IMG/VR virus record: IMGVR_UViG_3300025141_013863
Span: 1-64,000 of that record
DNA: 64,000 bases
Source: a virus
Direction: 5' to 3' (one strand)
Within the stretch, counting starts at the first letter, position 1. Each line of letters starts with the position of its first letter. A model generated the notes under the pieces. The model did not search any database. It was given only the letters and a program-made list of their open reading frames with translations, and was not told the DNA's origin. The position numbers and the translations under genes are program-made. Shown here piece after piece: positions 8,144-18,255 of this stretch.

Positions 8144-9399
8144 CAACAAAGTTATTTTTTAAAGGACCGTTATTGACTCGCTCTGGATATGGAGAACAGT
8201 CCAGATTTGCAATGCGAGCCATCCGATCGCGTCCGGATCTTTTTGATGTTTATATTCAGCCTCTTCAGTGGGGACAAACATCATGGATCAGCGAAGAAGA
8301 CGAAGAAAGAAGGTGGATTGATCAAGCAATTGAGAAGACAATAGCATATGCCCAGCAAGGCGGAAAATTTGATGCAAGTTTTCAAGTTACAATCCCCAAT
8401 GAATGGGAAATTTTGGCGCCAGTTAATATAGGATTTACAGCCGGAATGGAGACAACTAAGGTTGCACATCAATGGATTCACAAAGGAAACGAGATGGATA
8501 GAATTGTGGTTGTTTCAAATCATTCTAAAAAGATTTATGAAAATACCGTTTATATAGCCGGCTCCCAAAACTCAGATCAAGAATTTGAAGTCAGGCTAGA
8601 GACTGAGATTGATGCTGTAAATTATCCTGTTAAGGATTTTGGAGCATGCACTCAACTACCTCTAGAACTAGAATATGATTTTAACTTTCTCTCAATGGCT
8701 CAGTTTGGGCCTCGTAAAAATTTACCAAATACAATAAAATGGTTTATTGAAGAATTTCACGATGAAGAAGTGGGCCTTGTTTTAAAGTCAAATATAGCTA
8801 AGAATTGTTTAATGGATAGAGAAAAGTTATTTCACGATCTAAAGAATTTTACTGCAAATTATCCAAATAGAAAGTGTAAAGTTTATCTTCTCCATGGAGA
8901 CTTGGATGATAAAGAGATACACTCACTATTTGAACATCCGAAGATTAAAGCTTTTGTTAGTTTTACTCATGGAGAAGGTTTCGGCCTGCCGCTTTTTGAA
9001 GCAGCATATTCAGGCATGCCTATTGTTGTTCCTGGGTGGTCTGGACAATTAGATTTTCTAGTCAACAAAAACACAGGAAAGTCAGAATTTTACAGTGTAG
9101 AATATGATCTTCATCAGGTGCCAGATAGCGTTGTTTGGGAAGGTGTAATTATTAAAGAATCAATGTGGGCAAATAGTCGCGAACACTCTGCAAAACAAAA
9201 AATGCGAGAATGTTATTCAGATTTAACCTCAGAAAATTCAGCCACAGTGCTTCAAAGATTTTCCGATCACGCTAAAGTACTGCACGAAACGTTTTCAGAA
9301 GAAAAACAAAATGCATTAATGGTTGAATCTATTTGCAAAGCATTAAATATTGATACATCTGAAAAAAGTATAGACGATATAGTATTAGAATTTGATTAA
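8140..9399 (+). CDS. glycosyltransferase GT4 (GT-B)
   Basis: SGYG, PRKN, HGEGFGLPLFEAAYSGMPIV; GGAGG RBS and ATGA overlap favour start 8140. Confidence 0.88.
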   Translation: MTTKLFFKGPLLTRSGYGEQSRFAMRAIRSRPDLFDVYIQPLQWGQTSWISEEDEERRWIDQAIEKTIAYAQQGGKFDASFQVTIPNEWEILAPVNIGFTAGMETTKVAHQWIHKGNEMDRIVVVSNHSKKIYENTVYIAGSQNSDQEFEVRLETEIDAVNYPVKDFGACTQLPLELEYDFNFLSMAQFGPRKNLPNTIKWFIEEFHDEEVGLVLKSNIAKNCLMDREKLFHDLKNFTANYPNRKCKVYLLHGDLDDKEIHSLFEHPKIKAFVSFTHGEGFGLPLFEAAYSGMPIVVPGWSGQLDFLVNKNTGKSEFYSVEYDLHQVPDSVVWEGVIIKESMWANSREHSAKQKMRECYSDLTSENSATVLQRFSDHAKVLHETFSEEKQNALMVESICKALNIDTSEKSIDDIVLEFD

Positions 9400-11018
9400 T
9401 GAAAAAGATAGTTTTTATATCTGATTTTTTTGTTCACCAAATCGCCGGCGGCGGTGAAATATGCGACGATGTGCTTGTTTCAATGTTGTCTGAAGATGAT
9501 ACAAAGGTTATAAAACTAAATTCCCACACAGTAATAGATAAACATATTAAACTTTATCGTCAGTGTGGGTTTAAATTTTTAGTTTCTAACTTTTGCAATC
9601 TTAGAGAAGATGTAAAACAGGAATTAATAAAATATCCCGGAACATACTCTATTATGGAGCATGATCATAAATATTTACGCTCTAGAGATCCTTCTATTTT
9701 CAAAGATTTTATCGCTCCTCCAAATCAAATTATTAATCGTATGTTTTATACAAATGCAAAAGCTATTTTTGCACAGTCAAAATTACACAAAGAGGTTATT
9801 CAAAAGAATCTTAAGATTAATAATATAATAAGCCTTGGAATGAATCTCTGGACAGATCAACAACTAGCAATTATTGAAAAGAATATAGATAACGAGAAGA
9901 AGAATGATTTCGCAATTGTCAATAGTAAGAATCCTACAAAAAACACACAAGCTTGTGTGTCGTATTGCGTTGAAAAGAATTTGGACTATACCCTTGTTGG
10001 ATCACCAGACTACGCTGAATTTATCAAACAGCTCTCTTCTCATACGAGATATTTATACTTTCCAAAGGTATTAGAAACCTTCAATCGTGTCATAATTGAA
10101 GCACGAATGCTTAATTGCAAAGTAATAACAACTCAAAATAACGGATGTTTATCAGAAGACTGGTTTGCTAAATATAGAGGTAAAGAGCTTGTTGAGTTTG
10201 TTAGAGAACAGCGCCAAAGAGTATATAATGATATTAAAAACGCGATGTTTAAAGAGCAAAAATCTTTGCATGGCGATTCTGATATAACTGTTATTTTAAA
10301 TGCCTATAGGCGCCCATATAATCTTAAGATGCAGATCGAAGCGATTCGTAGCCAGACCATAAAACCAAAACAAATATGGTTATGGGTGAATGCACATGAA
10401 GACAATGAAGGGTTTGATTTTAAATCTCTAGGCGTTGATAGGATATTCCATAACGATTTTAATTGGAAGTTCTATGGAAGATTTGCTAGCGCCCTTTTGG
10501 CAGATACAGAATATCTTGCGCTATTTGATGACGATACCGTGCCCGGCTCAAAGTGGCTTGAAAATTGTATGAATACAATGCAGACAAACGAGGGTATTCT
10601 AGGATCCGCCGGCATAATACTAAATGATATATATTATATTAGGCACGACCGCTGTGGATGGCCAACACACAACCCAGAAGTCACAGAAGTCGACTTAGTT
10701 GGCCATGCGTGGTTTTTTAAGAGAGAATGGTTGCGTTATTTATGGCAAGAAAAGCCTACAACATGGAACAACGGTGAAGATATTCAATTTGCATTTATGG
10801 CAAAGATTCATGGAGGCATTCCTACATATTGCCCGCCACATCCTCCGGACGACAAGGAAATGCACGGATCAATATTAGGCAATGAGCTGGGGATTGATAA
10901 TAAGGCAACCTCCACCAACAGTAACGTGTCTCATAAACAATTTTTTTCTGAGCGAGATATGTGCGTGCAAGCTGGCTTAAGAAAAGGCTGGCAAACAGTT
11001 AGGAATATTAAATTATGA
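9399..11018 (+). CDS. two-domain glycosyltransferase (GT-B-like N-terminus fused to GT2/GT-A C-terminus)
   Basis: N-half GGGE and ETFNRVIIEARMLNC; C-half ITVILNAYRR and FDDD. Confidence 0.78.
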   Translation: MKKIVFISDFFVHQIAGGGEICDDVLVSMLSEDDTKVIKLNSHTVIDKHIKLYRQCGFKFLVSNFCNLREDVKQELIKYPGTYSIMEHDHKYLRSRDPSIFKDFIAPPNQIINRMFYTNAKAIFAQSKLHKEVIQKNLKINNIISLGMNLWTDQQLAIIEKNIDNEKKNDFAIVNSKNPTKNTQACVSYCVEKNLDYTLVGSPDYAEFIKQLSSHTRYLYFPKVLETFNRVIIEARMLNCKVITTQNNGCLSEDWFAKYRGKELVEFVREQRQRVYNDIKNAMFKEQKSLHGDSDITVILNAYRRPYNLKMQIEAIRSQTIKPKQIWLWVNAHEDNEGFDFKSLGVDRIFHNDFNWKFYGRFASALLADTEYLALFDDDTVPGSKWLENCMNTMQTNEGILGSAGIILNDIYYIRHDRCGWPTHNPEVTEVDLVGHAWFFKREWLRYLWQEKPTTWNNGEDIQFAFMAKIHGGIPTYCPPHPPDDKEMHGSILGNELGIDNKATSTNSNVSHKQFFSERDMCVQAGLRKGWQTVRNIKL

Positions 11019-11797
11019 AAGATTTTAATAAGGATTTTGACTCGGTTTTAGGATTAATTAAGACAAAACAACATTTTGCGTTTACCCGATTCTCTGACGG
11101 TGAATTATATATGATGCAAAATAGAAAGTTTAAGATCGAAAAGGATAAAGTTTTCCTTAGAGGAGATACACACAAAGGTGTCTGGGGCGAAGAAGAACTA
11201 AAAGAGTTTATTCCCGAAGAACAACAGATGCATAGAGAAAAGCTCATTAAGGCGTTCAAATTTAAGAAGCACAATTATATTAAAGGGATTAGTTGTAAAT
11301 GCTGTGTTGGGCCCGAAGATTGGAAATGGCAACAGCAATACGTTTTAGAAGACACACAACTTACTTGGGCCAACTTATTGATCAATGGAAACTATACAAG
11401 ATTTATAGAAGAGATGGTGCCTGAATTTGTTAAATATTCTGTGGTATATATTTGTAATAAATCTGCCAATATACAAAAGCTCCCCTTTGATGTTAAAAAG
11501 GTATTTAGAATTGGCAATAATTGTCATGTTAATGATCTTCATCTGATTGAAGAAGTTAAAAATTGGGTGAAGGACAATGATATTAAACATCATTTATTCT
11601 TGTTTTCTGCTGCAACTCTTACAAATTATATGATTCATGAATTGTATAAAGAGCATGATAAAAATACATATTTAGACATTGGGAGCACGCTTAATCCGCT
11701 TATGGATATGGACGGCTGGATCGCTTCTCGGGCCTATCTACGTGGCTATTGGATGAAGGAAAATAATCAATATATTGATATGAAATGCGTGTGGTGA
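11015..11797 (+). CDS. putative GT-D fold glycosyltransferase (DUF1792-like)
   Basis: FTRFSDGE motif and C-terminal YLDIGS. Confidence 0.65.
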   Translation: MKDFNKDFDSVLGLIKTKQHFAFTRFSDGELYMMQNRKFKIEKDKVFLRGDTHKGVWGEEELKEFIPEEQQMHREKLIKAFKFKKHNYIKGISCKCCVGPEDWKWQQQYVLEDTQLTWANLLINGNYTRFIEEMVPEFVKYSVVYICNKSANIQKLPFDVKKVFRIGNNCHVNDLHLIEEVKNWVKDNDIKHHLFLFSAATLTNYMIHELYKEHDKNTYLDIGSTLNPLMDMDGWIASRAYLRGYWMKENNQYIDMKCVW

Positions 11798-11798
11798 T

Positions 11799-12455
11799 AT
11801 GCAAGATATTTTATATATAATAACCGGCACTAGCCGTGGTATTGGATATGAGATAAAACAATTGTTATTGAAAGAGAAAATAGATATAATTTCATTAAAT
11901 CGTAAAAAATTTGATGAATATGATTATAAAATAGACCTTTCTCACATTGGAGAAGTGTATAAATTTTCGCATTACTTTAGAGAAAAAATTAAATCTGACT
12001 TTTCAAACCATACATTGGTTTTTATAAACAACGCATTTTCTTTAGGCCCGATCGGTAAAGTATCAGATTATAAAAACTATGAAATTGTTGATTCATTAAA
12101 TACAAATATATTTTCACCATTAATTTTATTAAAACTCTTGACAGAGCTGCCTAATAAGTTGTATATTATTAATATTACTTCGGGAGCAGCTCATAGTACG
12201 AACAAGCATCTTGGCCTCTATAGTTCAAGTAAATTATTTATTGAGAATTTTCTAAAGTTTATTGAAGTAGAAGACAACAATTGTTTAGAAACATATAATT
12301 TTGATCCTGGAATTACCAAAACAAGAATGTACGAGACACTTTCCGCAAGCGAAAAATTCGAAAATGAAAGCTTTAGTGATGCAATACCACTTGATCCGGC
12401 CTTTGTGGCAGCCCATTTATATAATATTATATCAAAAGAGTTGATTAATGATTAA
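11799..12455 (+). CDS. short-chain dehydrogenase/reductase
   Basis: TGTSRGIG, INNA, YSSSK catalytic motif, PG. Confidence 0.85.
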   Translation: MQDILYIITGTSRGIGYEIKQLLLKEKIDIISLNRKKFDEYDYKIDLSHIGEVYKFSHYFREKIKSDFSNHTLVFINNAFSLGPIGKVSDYKNYEIVDSLNTNIFSPLILLKLLTELPNKLYIINITSGAAHSTNKHLGLYSSSKLFIENFLKFIEVEDNNCLETYNFDPGITKTRMYETLSASEKFENESFSDAIPLDPAFVAAHLYNIISKELIND

Positions 12456-13416
12456 CGTTTTAGTTAGCGGCGTTGGAGGTGATGTAGGACAAGGAGTTAT
12501 CAGGTGTCTTAATAAATCTGATTTAGAATTGCGTATATTTAAAATTAGCTCAAGTGTTAATGATTCGTGGCTTTATCTTGATAATGATTGTTTTATTAGT
12601 CCTACAATTTACGAAGATTATATATCTTACTTAATTAAGTTTATTAATACTCATAAGATTGATATATTCTTTCCTTGCATAGATTTAGAAATACCCATAA
12701 TTTCAAAAAATAAAGACAAAATACAGTCTAAAACAAGTTGCAAAGTTTTTGTTGATGATTATCATAAAATTCAAATTTGTAACGACAAATATATGACAGC
12801 AAGATATCTAGAGGATTTTTCGTTATCATGCCCAGAAACAGATCTGATCACAACGATTGATCACAATAAGTTTCCTGTAATTATTAAGTCAAGAGAGGGT
12901 TGTGGCTCAAAAGATATTCACCTTATATATAGCAAAGAAGAGATAAGGCCATTTCTAAATAATAAAGACTATATTATTCAAGAATATTTAGATGGAGACG
13001 AATACACCGCTGGTGTTTATCTTGGAGAGGATAATAGAATAAAAGGCGTTTGCATTTTAAAAAGAACCCTCAAAGACGGCTCAACATATACTGCCGAACG
13101 TGTATTAGACTTGCAGCTGGAAGAAGAGATTGCAGCTATAGCTAGCCACGTCAGAATGAAATATTTAAATATTCAATTTAGATTAAAGAATGGAAAAGTT
13201 TGTCCTTTCGAACTAAATGGTCGTTTTTCCGGAACTACTGGTATTATTAGCAATGTTTTTAATGCACCAGAAATGGCAATCAAAGAACTTGTTTTAAAAA
13301 AAAATGTGTCTCCTTTCTTGCATAGTAAGAAATTTTATGTTATGAGATATTATGAAGAAATTTTTTCCACACAAGAGCAGCGAGAAGAACTTTTAAATAG
13401 GAGTAAGGATGATTGA
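12448..13416 (+). CDS. ATP-grasp ligase (polysaccharide-locus CarB-like type)
   Basis: DKY, PVIIKSREGCGS, IIQEYLDGDEYT, FELNGRFSG. Confidence 0.85.
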   Translation: MINVLVSGVGGDVGQGVIRCLNKSDLELRIFKISSSVNDSWLYLDNDCFISPTIYEDYISYLIKFINTHKIDIFFPCIDLEIPIISKNKDKIQSKTSCKVFVDDYHKIQICNDKYMTARYLEDFSLSCPETDLITTIDHNKFPVIIKSREGCGSKDIHLIYSKEEIRPFLNNKDYIIQEYLDGDEYTAGVYLGEDNRIKGVCILKRTLKDGSTYTAERVLDLQLEEEIAAIASHVRMKYLNIQFRLKNGKVCPFELNGRFSGTTGIISNVFNAPEMAIKELVLKKNVSPFLHSKKFYVMRYYEEIFSTQEQREELLNRSKDD

Positions 13417-14098
13417 TACCGTAGTATTTGATTTTGTCAATACATTAGCTTATCTAAACCCAAAAAGAGAAGATGTGATTTATAACTTTTTGATCGATAA
13501 GGGAATAAAGCTCAACAAGAGCAAGGTTCTTGATGCGTTAAAGATAGCCGACGATCAATGTCATTATAGTTGTTTTGAGATTGTTGATAAAGACTCTAAG
13601 AAAAACTTTTTTCAAACGAAATATAACAAAGCACTTTTAATGGCCCTAGACGTAGACTATACAATTGCAAATTGTATTGCGCTTTATGACTATTTCGATA
13701 ACTTATATAAAGAGTGGATTTTACATGATGGCGCCATGGAAACAATTAAAGAATTAAAGAAACTAGGCTATACTGTTGGAGTGGCATCTAATTTTGAACG
13801 CAGTCTAAAAACAAAGTTGGCAGATAGTTTGGGCCTCGTAGAACATTTAGATTTTCTAGAAGTCTCTCAGTGCATTGGCTTAGAAAAGCCAGATATCAAA
13901 TTTTATGAATATGTTATAAAGAACAATAATTTAAAGCCAAACAATACATTATATATTGGCGACAGCTATATGTTAGATTACCTGCCAGGAGAAGAAGTGG
14001 GCTTTAATTGTTGCTTATACGATAAGAATAATATTTATGGATCTGTGTCTAATAGAATAAATCACTTTAATAAAGTTTTGGAGTATATTAACAAATGA
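13409..14098 (+). CDS. HAD-superfamily hydrolase
   Basis: FDFVNTL, SN, EKPD, IGDSYMLD. Confidence 0.85.
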   Translation: MIDTVVFDFVNTLAYLNPKREDVIYNFLIDKGIKLNKSKVLDALKIADDQCHYSCFEIVDKDSKKNFFQTKYNKALLMALDVDYTIANCIALYDYFDNLYKEWILHDGAMETIKELKKLGYTVGVASNFERSLKTKLADSLGLVEHLDFLEVSQCIGLEKPDIKFYEYVIKNNNLKPNNTLYIGDSYMLDYLPGEEVGFNCCLYDKNNIYGSVSNRINHFNKVLEYINK

Positions 14099-14706
14099 GA
14101 CACAATCCGTACAAAATTGTAAAAATGTTTGAAGAAACAATGGCCGATTACTGCGGTTCAAAATATGCTGTATCTACAGATAACTGTACAGATGCATTAT
14201 TGTTGTGTTGTGAATATCTTAATGTTAAAGAGGTTACGATCCCATCGCGGACTTATCTTTCTGTTCCGCAATCGATTTTGCATGCCGGCGGAACATTGAA
14301 ATTTAGAGATTATAGATGGAAGGGAGTATATCAACTGGAGCCCTATCCGATTTATGATGCAGCTAGGCGCCTTACGAGTAATATGTACATCCCAGGAAGC
14401 TTCATGTGCCTTTCCTTTCACATCAAAAAACACCTAAAGATAGGCAAGGGTGGTATGATTTTAACTGACGACGAGCAGGCCGCAAGGTGGTTTAGAAAAG
14501 GTCGTTATGAAGGCAGATCTGAGGTGATGTATCATAAGGACAATATTGAAATTAATGGCTGGAACGCATATATGAGTCCTGAGCAGGCGGCTCGCGGCCT
14601 AATGCTAATGCAAAATTATCCAGAACACAATGAGGATATACCCGAAGAACCGTTTTACAGAGATCTAAGAGAGTTTAGCCTGTTTAAAGATGTAGAGACA
14701 AAATAA
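14095..14706 (+). CDS. compact DegT/DnrJ/EryC1/StrS PLP aminotransferase
   Basis: FEE..A.Y.G.KYAVS.DNCT, YDAA, SFHIKKHL..GKGG. Confidence 0.8.
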   Translation: MRHNPYKIVKMFEETMADYCGSKYAVSTDNCTDALLLCCEYLNVKEVTIPSRTYLSVPQSILHAGGTLKFRDYRWKGVYQLEPYPIYDAARRLTSNMYIPGSFMCLSFHIKKHLKIGKGGMILTDDEQAARWFRKGRYEGRSEVMYHKDNIEINGWNAYMSPEQAARGLMLMQNYPEHNEDIPEEPFYRDLREFSLFKDVETK

Positions 14707-15434
14707 TGGAAGCACCCAAAGTCATTCCCGCTGAACTATATAATGCATATTCCATGAATGGTAAAATAAGCATGGGATATAACTATAGAAATGATTGCAG
14801 CGAAGAAATACAAAATGAAATAAATGCCAAATTTACTAAAGAAGAATTTGATAAGTGTATTGAGAAAATTAAAAAAAGAGAATACAACTATTATATGGAC
14901 ACTGATTATTGGCTTTATGCTGCTTTATCAGATTTCCCAATTGAAGGAAAGCATATATGTATCATAGGCTCCGCATATCCTTGGTATGAAGCCATGGCTA
15001 TCTTGTTTGGAGCAGAAAAGTGTACAGTCATAGAGTACTCTGACAGAAAAAGCTTTCACCCAAAAATAGAATATATAAAGCCATCTGAAGTAGGAGAGCA
15101 ACTATACGACGCTTGTTTTTCTATATCTTCTTTTGAGCACGATGGCCTAGGAAGATATGGCGATCCGCTAAATCCAGATGGGGATCTGGAGGCGATGAAA
15201 AATATGAAAAAAATCCTTAAAAAAGATGCACTAATATACTTGGCTGTTCCGACTGGCAATGATTGTGTTTATTTTAATGTACACAGAGTTTATGGTATAC
15301 ATAGATTTCCGTTGCTTATCGAAGGGTGGGAACAAGTAGCATTTTATGGAGTTACCGACGAAATGTTTACCAATTCGTATAATAACGCTTACGAATCCCC
15401 ATATCAGCCCGTCTGTGTGCTAAGGAACGCTTAA
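14706..15434 (+). CDS. DUF268-like SAM-dependent methyltransferase
   Basis: IIGSAYPWYE, SISSFEHDGLGRYGDPLNPDGD, FNVHRVYG. Confidence 0.78.
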   Translation: MEAPKVIPAELYNAYSMNGKISMGYNYRNDCSEEIQNEINAKFTKEEFDKCIEKIKKREYNYYMDTDYWLYAALSDFPIEGKHICIIGSAYPWYEAMAILFGAEKCTVIEYSDRKSFHPKIEYIKPSEVGEQLYDACFSISSFEHDGLGRYGDPLNPDGDLEAMKNMKKILKKDALIYLAVPTGNDCVYFNVHRVYGIHRFPLLIEGWEQVAFYGVTDEMFTNSYNNAYESPYQPVCVLRNA

Positions 15435-15435
15435 T

Positions 15436-16326
15436 ATGATTACATTTTCAGAACTAGGTCGCCTTGGGCGTTTAGGAAATCAATTTTTTCAATATAGTGC
15501 CCTTCGATCGTTATCGTTATATCACGGATATGCCATGGCCATTCCAAATCCTAAAGATAGAGATTGGCATGGACAAAATTGTTTATTGAATGAGTTTAAT
15601 ATTGAATGCCAATTTTTAAACGCACAGAATTCTAGCGACATAACCATGTTATATCGTGAGCCAAATCATATGAGCTTTGATCCTGAATTTTTTAATATCA
15701 AGGACAATACAAACTTGTATGGTTTTTTTCAAAGTACTTTGTATTTTAAACATTGTGAGGAGCAAATCAAAAAAGAGCTTACTCCGAAGCAACATCACCT
15801 TGATAATGCTAAAAAAGCTATTCAACACATAAAAGAAAAATATCCCAATCATGAGATAGTGTCAATTCACTTGCGTCGAGGGGATAATACAGATGGTTCA
15901 AATCCAAGCAAAGAGCTTAATGAAATGTATGGAAAAAACAATGAACTTGATCCAAACAGTTTTTATGGTAAGTATATTAATGCTGCTTTTGAACAGTTTG
16001 AAAATAAAAAAGTAAAGTACTTAGTATTTTCAGGAGGAGCAAGATTTGCCGGCAATGACAATATATCTGATATCGAATGGTGCAGACAAAATCTTAAAGG
16101 AGATAATTTTGTTTTTTCAAAAGGAAATACCGCTATAAATGATTTTTCATTGATAATGTCTTGTGATCACAACATTATAAGCCATATTAGCTCTTTTGGC
16201 TGGTGGGCCGCATATTTGAACCAAAATCAGGATAAAATCGTAGTAGCACCAGAAAAATACCACCCAGATATGCCAGAATACACCTATAGAGAGGGATTTT
16301 ATCCCGATAACTGGAGATTAGTGTGA
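15436..16326 (+). CDS. GT11 alpha-1,2-fucosyl/colitosyltransferase
   Basis: GRLGNQFFQY, GFFQS, HLRRGD, SSFGWWAAYL. Confidence 0.9.
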   Translation: MITFSELGRLGRLGNQFFQYSALRSLSLYHGYAMAIPNPKDRDWHGQNCLLNEFNIECQFLNAQNSSDITMLYREPNHMSFDPEFFNIKDNTNLYGFFQSTLYFKHCEEQIKKELTPKQHHLDNAKKAIQHIKEKYPNHEIVSIHLRRGDNTDGSNPSKELNEMYGKNNELDPNSFYGKYINAAFEQFENKKVKYLVFSGGARFAGNDNISDIEWCRQNLKGDNFVFSKGNTAINDFSLIMSCDHNIISHISSFGWWAAYLNQNQDKIVVAPEKYHPDMPEYTYREGFYPDNWRLV

Positions 16327-17321
16327 GTTTTTGGAAGGATAAAAAGGTTCTTGTAACTGGTGGCGCCGGGTTCATAGGCTCAAATTTATGTAAAAATTTA
16401 GTTTTAGAGGGCTCTAATGTCGTTATAGTTGATAATTTCGAAAGAGGAAAGGTAGAATACGTTCAAGAAATCTTAGATTCTTGCAAATTGATAGAAGGCG
16501 ATCTAAAGGATGTGAGTTTTTGCGAAGAAATTTTCACTTCAGATGTTGATATTGTCATTCATATGGCATCCAAAGTGGGCGGAATTGGTCTTTATACATC
16601 ACAGCCACACACAGTAATGAGAGAAAACATGCTGATTGACTCTAATGTTTTAAAATCTGTCTTACACAACAATATTAAAAGGTATTTTTATGCTTCAAGT
16701 GCTCATATTTATCCGAAACAGCTGCAAGGTACCCCAAACTCCATAGCAATTAGAGAGTACCATGCATACCCAGCAGATCCAGAGCTGTCATATGGTTGGG
16801 CAAAATTAATTTCGGAGAAAGAAATTGAATGTGCACTAATAGAAAGACCAGATTTGTGTGTAGCAATCGCAAGATATATTGGAATTTATGGAGAAAATCA
16901 AGATTTTAATTTAGAAACAGGCTCCTGTATTCCTGTATTTACAAATCGTGCAATAAATTATCCACAGATTCCGTTTAGTGTGTGGGGCACAGGAAGAGAA
17001 ACAAGATCATATTGTTTTATTGATGATGCAATTGAATGCACGAAACTGATGATTGAAAAAATGGAAGAGAAGAATCAAGTTGGGCCCTATAATGTTGGCA
17101 AGCAAGAGCGTGTTTCAATTAAAGAACTAGCCGAAGCGGTCATAAAAACATCCGGCAAAGAAATTGATATTGAATTTGATCTAACAAAAGAGACTCTTAT
17201 ATGGGGCCAATGGTGTGATTGCAGCAAAGCAAAACAAGAAATAGGATTTGAAGCCAAAACAAGCCTACAAGAAGGCCTTAAAAGAGTTTATAATGATATA
17301 CAAGGAAGGATAAAAAAATGA
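16323..17321 (+). CDS. NAD-dependent NDP-sugar epimerase (GDP-mannose 3,5-epimerase-like)
   Basis: TGGAGFIGS, HMASKVGG, YASSA, YGWAK, WGTG..TRSY. Confidence 0.85.
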   Translation: MSFWKDKKVLVTGGAGFIGSNLCKNLVLEGSNVVIVDNFERGKVEYVQEILDSCKLIEGDLKDVSFCEEIFTSDVDIVIHMASKVGGIGLYTSQPHTVMRENMLIDSNVLKSVLHNNIKRYFYASSAHIYPKQLQGTPNSIAIREYHAYPADPELSYGWAKLISEKEIECALIERPDLCVAIARYIGIYGENQDFNLETGSCIPVFTNRAINYPQIPFSVWGTGRETRSYCFIDDAIECTKLMIEKMEEKNQVGPYNVGKQERVSIKELAEAVIKTSGKEIDIEFDLTKETLIWGQWCDCSKAKQEIGFEAKTSLQEGLKRVYNDIQGRIKK

Positions 17322-18247
17322 GGATTCTTATAACTGGAGGCGCCGGGTATATCGGTAGTGAACTAGTAGATCATCTTTTAAGAGATGGTCATGAAGTTAC
17401 TGCGATGGATAATTTGATGTACGATGCGACATCTTTATTGAGATATACGATTCATCCAAATTTTAATTTTATAAAAGCAGATGTTGTTAACATAGATTTA
17501 TTGAGAGAACAAGTGTCTAAGGCTGATGTTATTATTCCTTTGGCTGCTCTCGTTGGATTTCCGCTCTGTGACAGAGATAAGAGAGGCGCCGTAGAAATTA
17601 ATCATGGAGTAAATGCCTGGATTGCTAAAAATAAATCTGATGATCAGATGGTAATATATCCTTGTACTAATTCTGGCTATGGAGTTAGTGTCGACGGCTC
17701 TGTTTGTACAGAAGAGTCTCCGCTAAATCCTGTCTCATTATATGGACAGACGAAGGTCGCTGCCGAAAAAGAATATAAGAATGTTGATAATCATGTAACG
17801 TTTAGACTGGCAACAGTATTTGGCCCCGGTTCAAGAATGAGAACAGACTTGCTTGTTAATAATTTTGTTCTTAGGACTCTTCGCGATCGAGTATTGGTTC
17901 TTTATGAGTGTGAATTTATGAGAAATTATGTACACCTACAAGATGTATGTCGGGCATTTAAATATGTTATTGACAACTGGGAATCTTGTAAAAACGAAAC
18001 TTACAACGTGGGCAACGATGCAATTAATATGAATAAGCTGCAGCTTGCAAGAAAGATTGGCCAACATCTCCCACTTGAGATTATAAAAGCGGAATTTACT
18101 TCTGATCCTGATACGCGCGATTATATCGTAAGCAGCCAAAAATTTTATGATAAAGGATTTGAATGTAAGTATGATTTAGATGATGGAATACGACAACTTA
18201 TTAAAGCGTATAGCATTATTGAATCTCCATGGTACGCAAATTATTAG
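17318..18247 (+). CDS. NAD-dependent NDP-sugar epimerase/dehydratase
   Basis: TGGAGYIGS, LAALVG, YGQTK, RLATVFG. Confidence 0.88.
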   Translation: MRILITGGAGYIGSELVDHLLRDGHEVTAMDNLMYDATSLLRYTIHPNFNFIKADVVNIDLLREQVSKADVIIPLAALVGFPLCDRDKRGAVEINHGVNAWIAKNKSDDQMVIYPCTNSGYGVSVDGSVCTEESPLNPVSLYGQTKVAAEKEYKNVDNHVTFRLATVFGPGSRMRTDLLVNNFVLRTLRDRVLVLYECEFMRNYVHLQDVCRAFKYVIDNWESCKNETYNVGNDAINMNKLQLARKIGQHLPLEIIKAEFTSDPDTRDYIVSSQKFYDKGFECKYDLDDGIRQLIKAYSIIESPWYANY

Positions 18248-18255
18248 GAAAGAAA

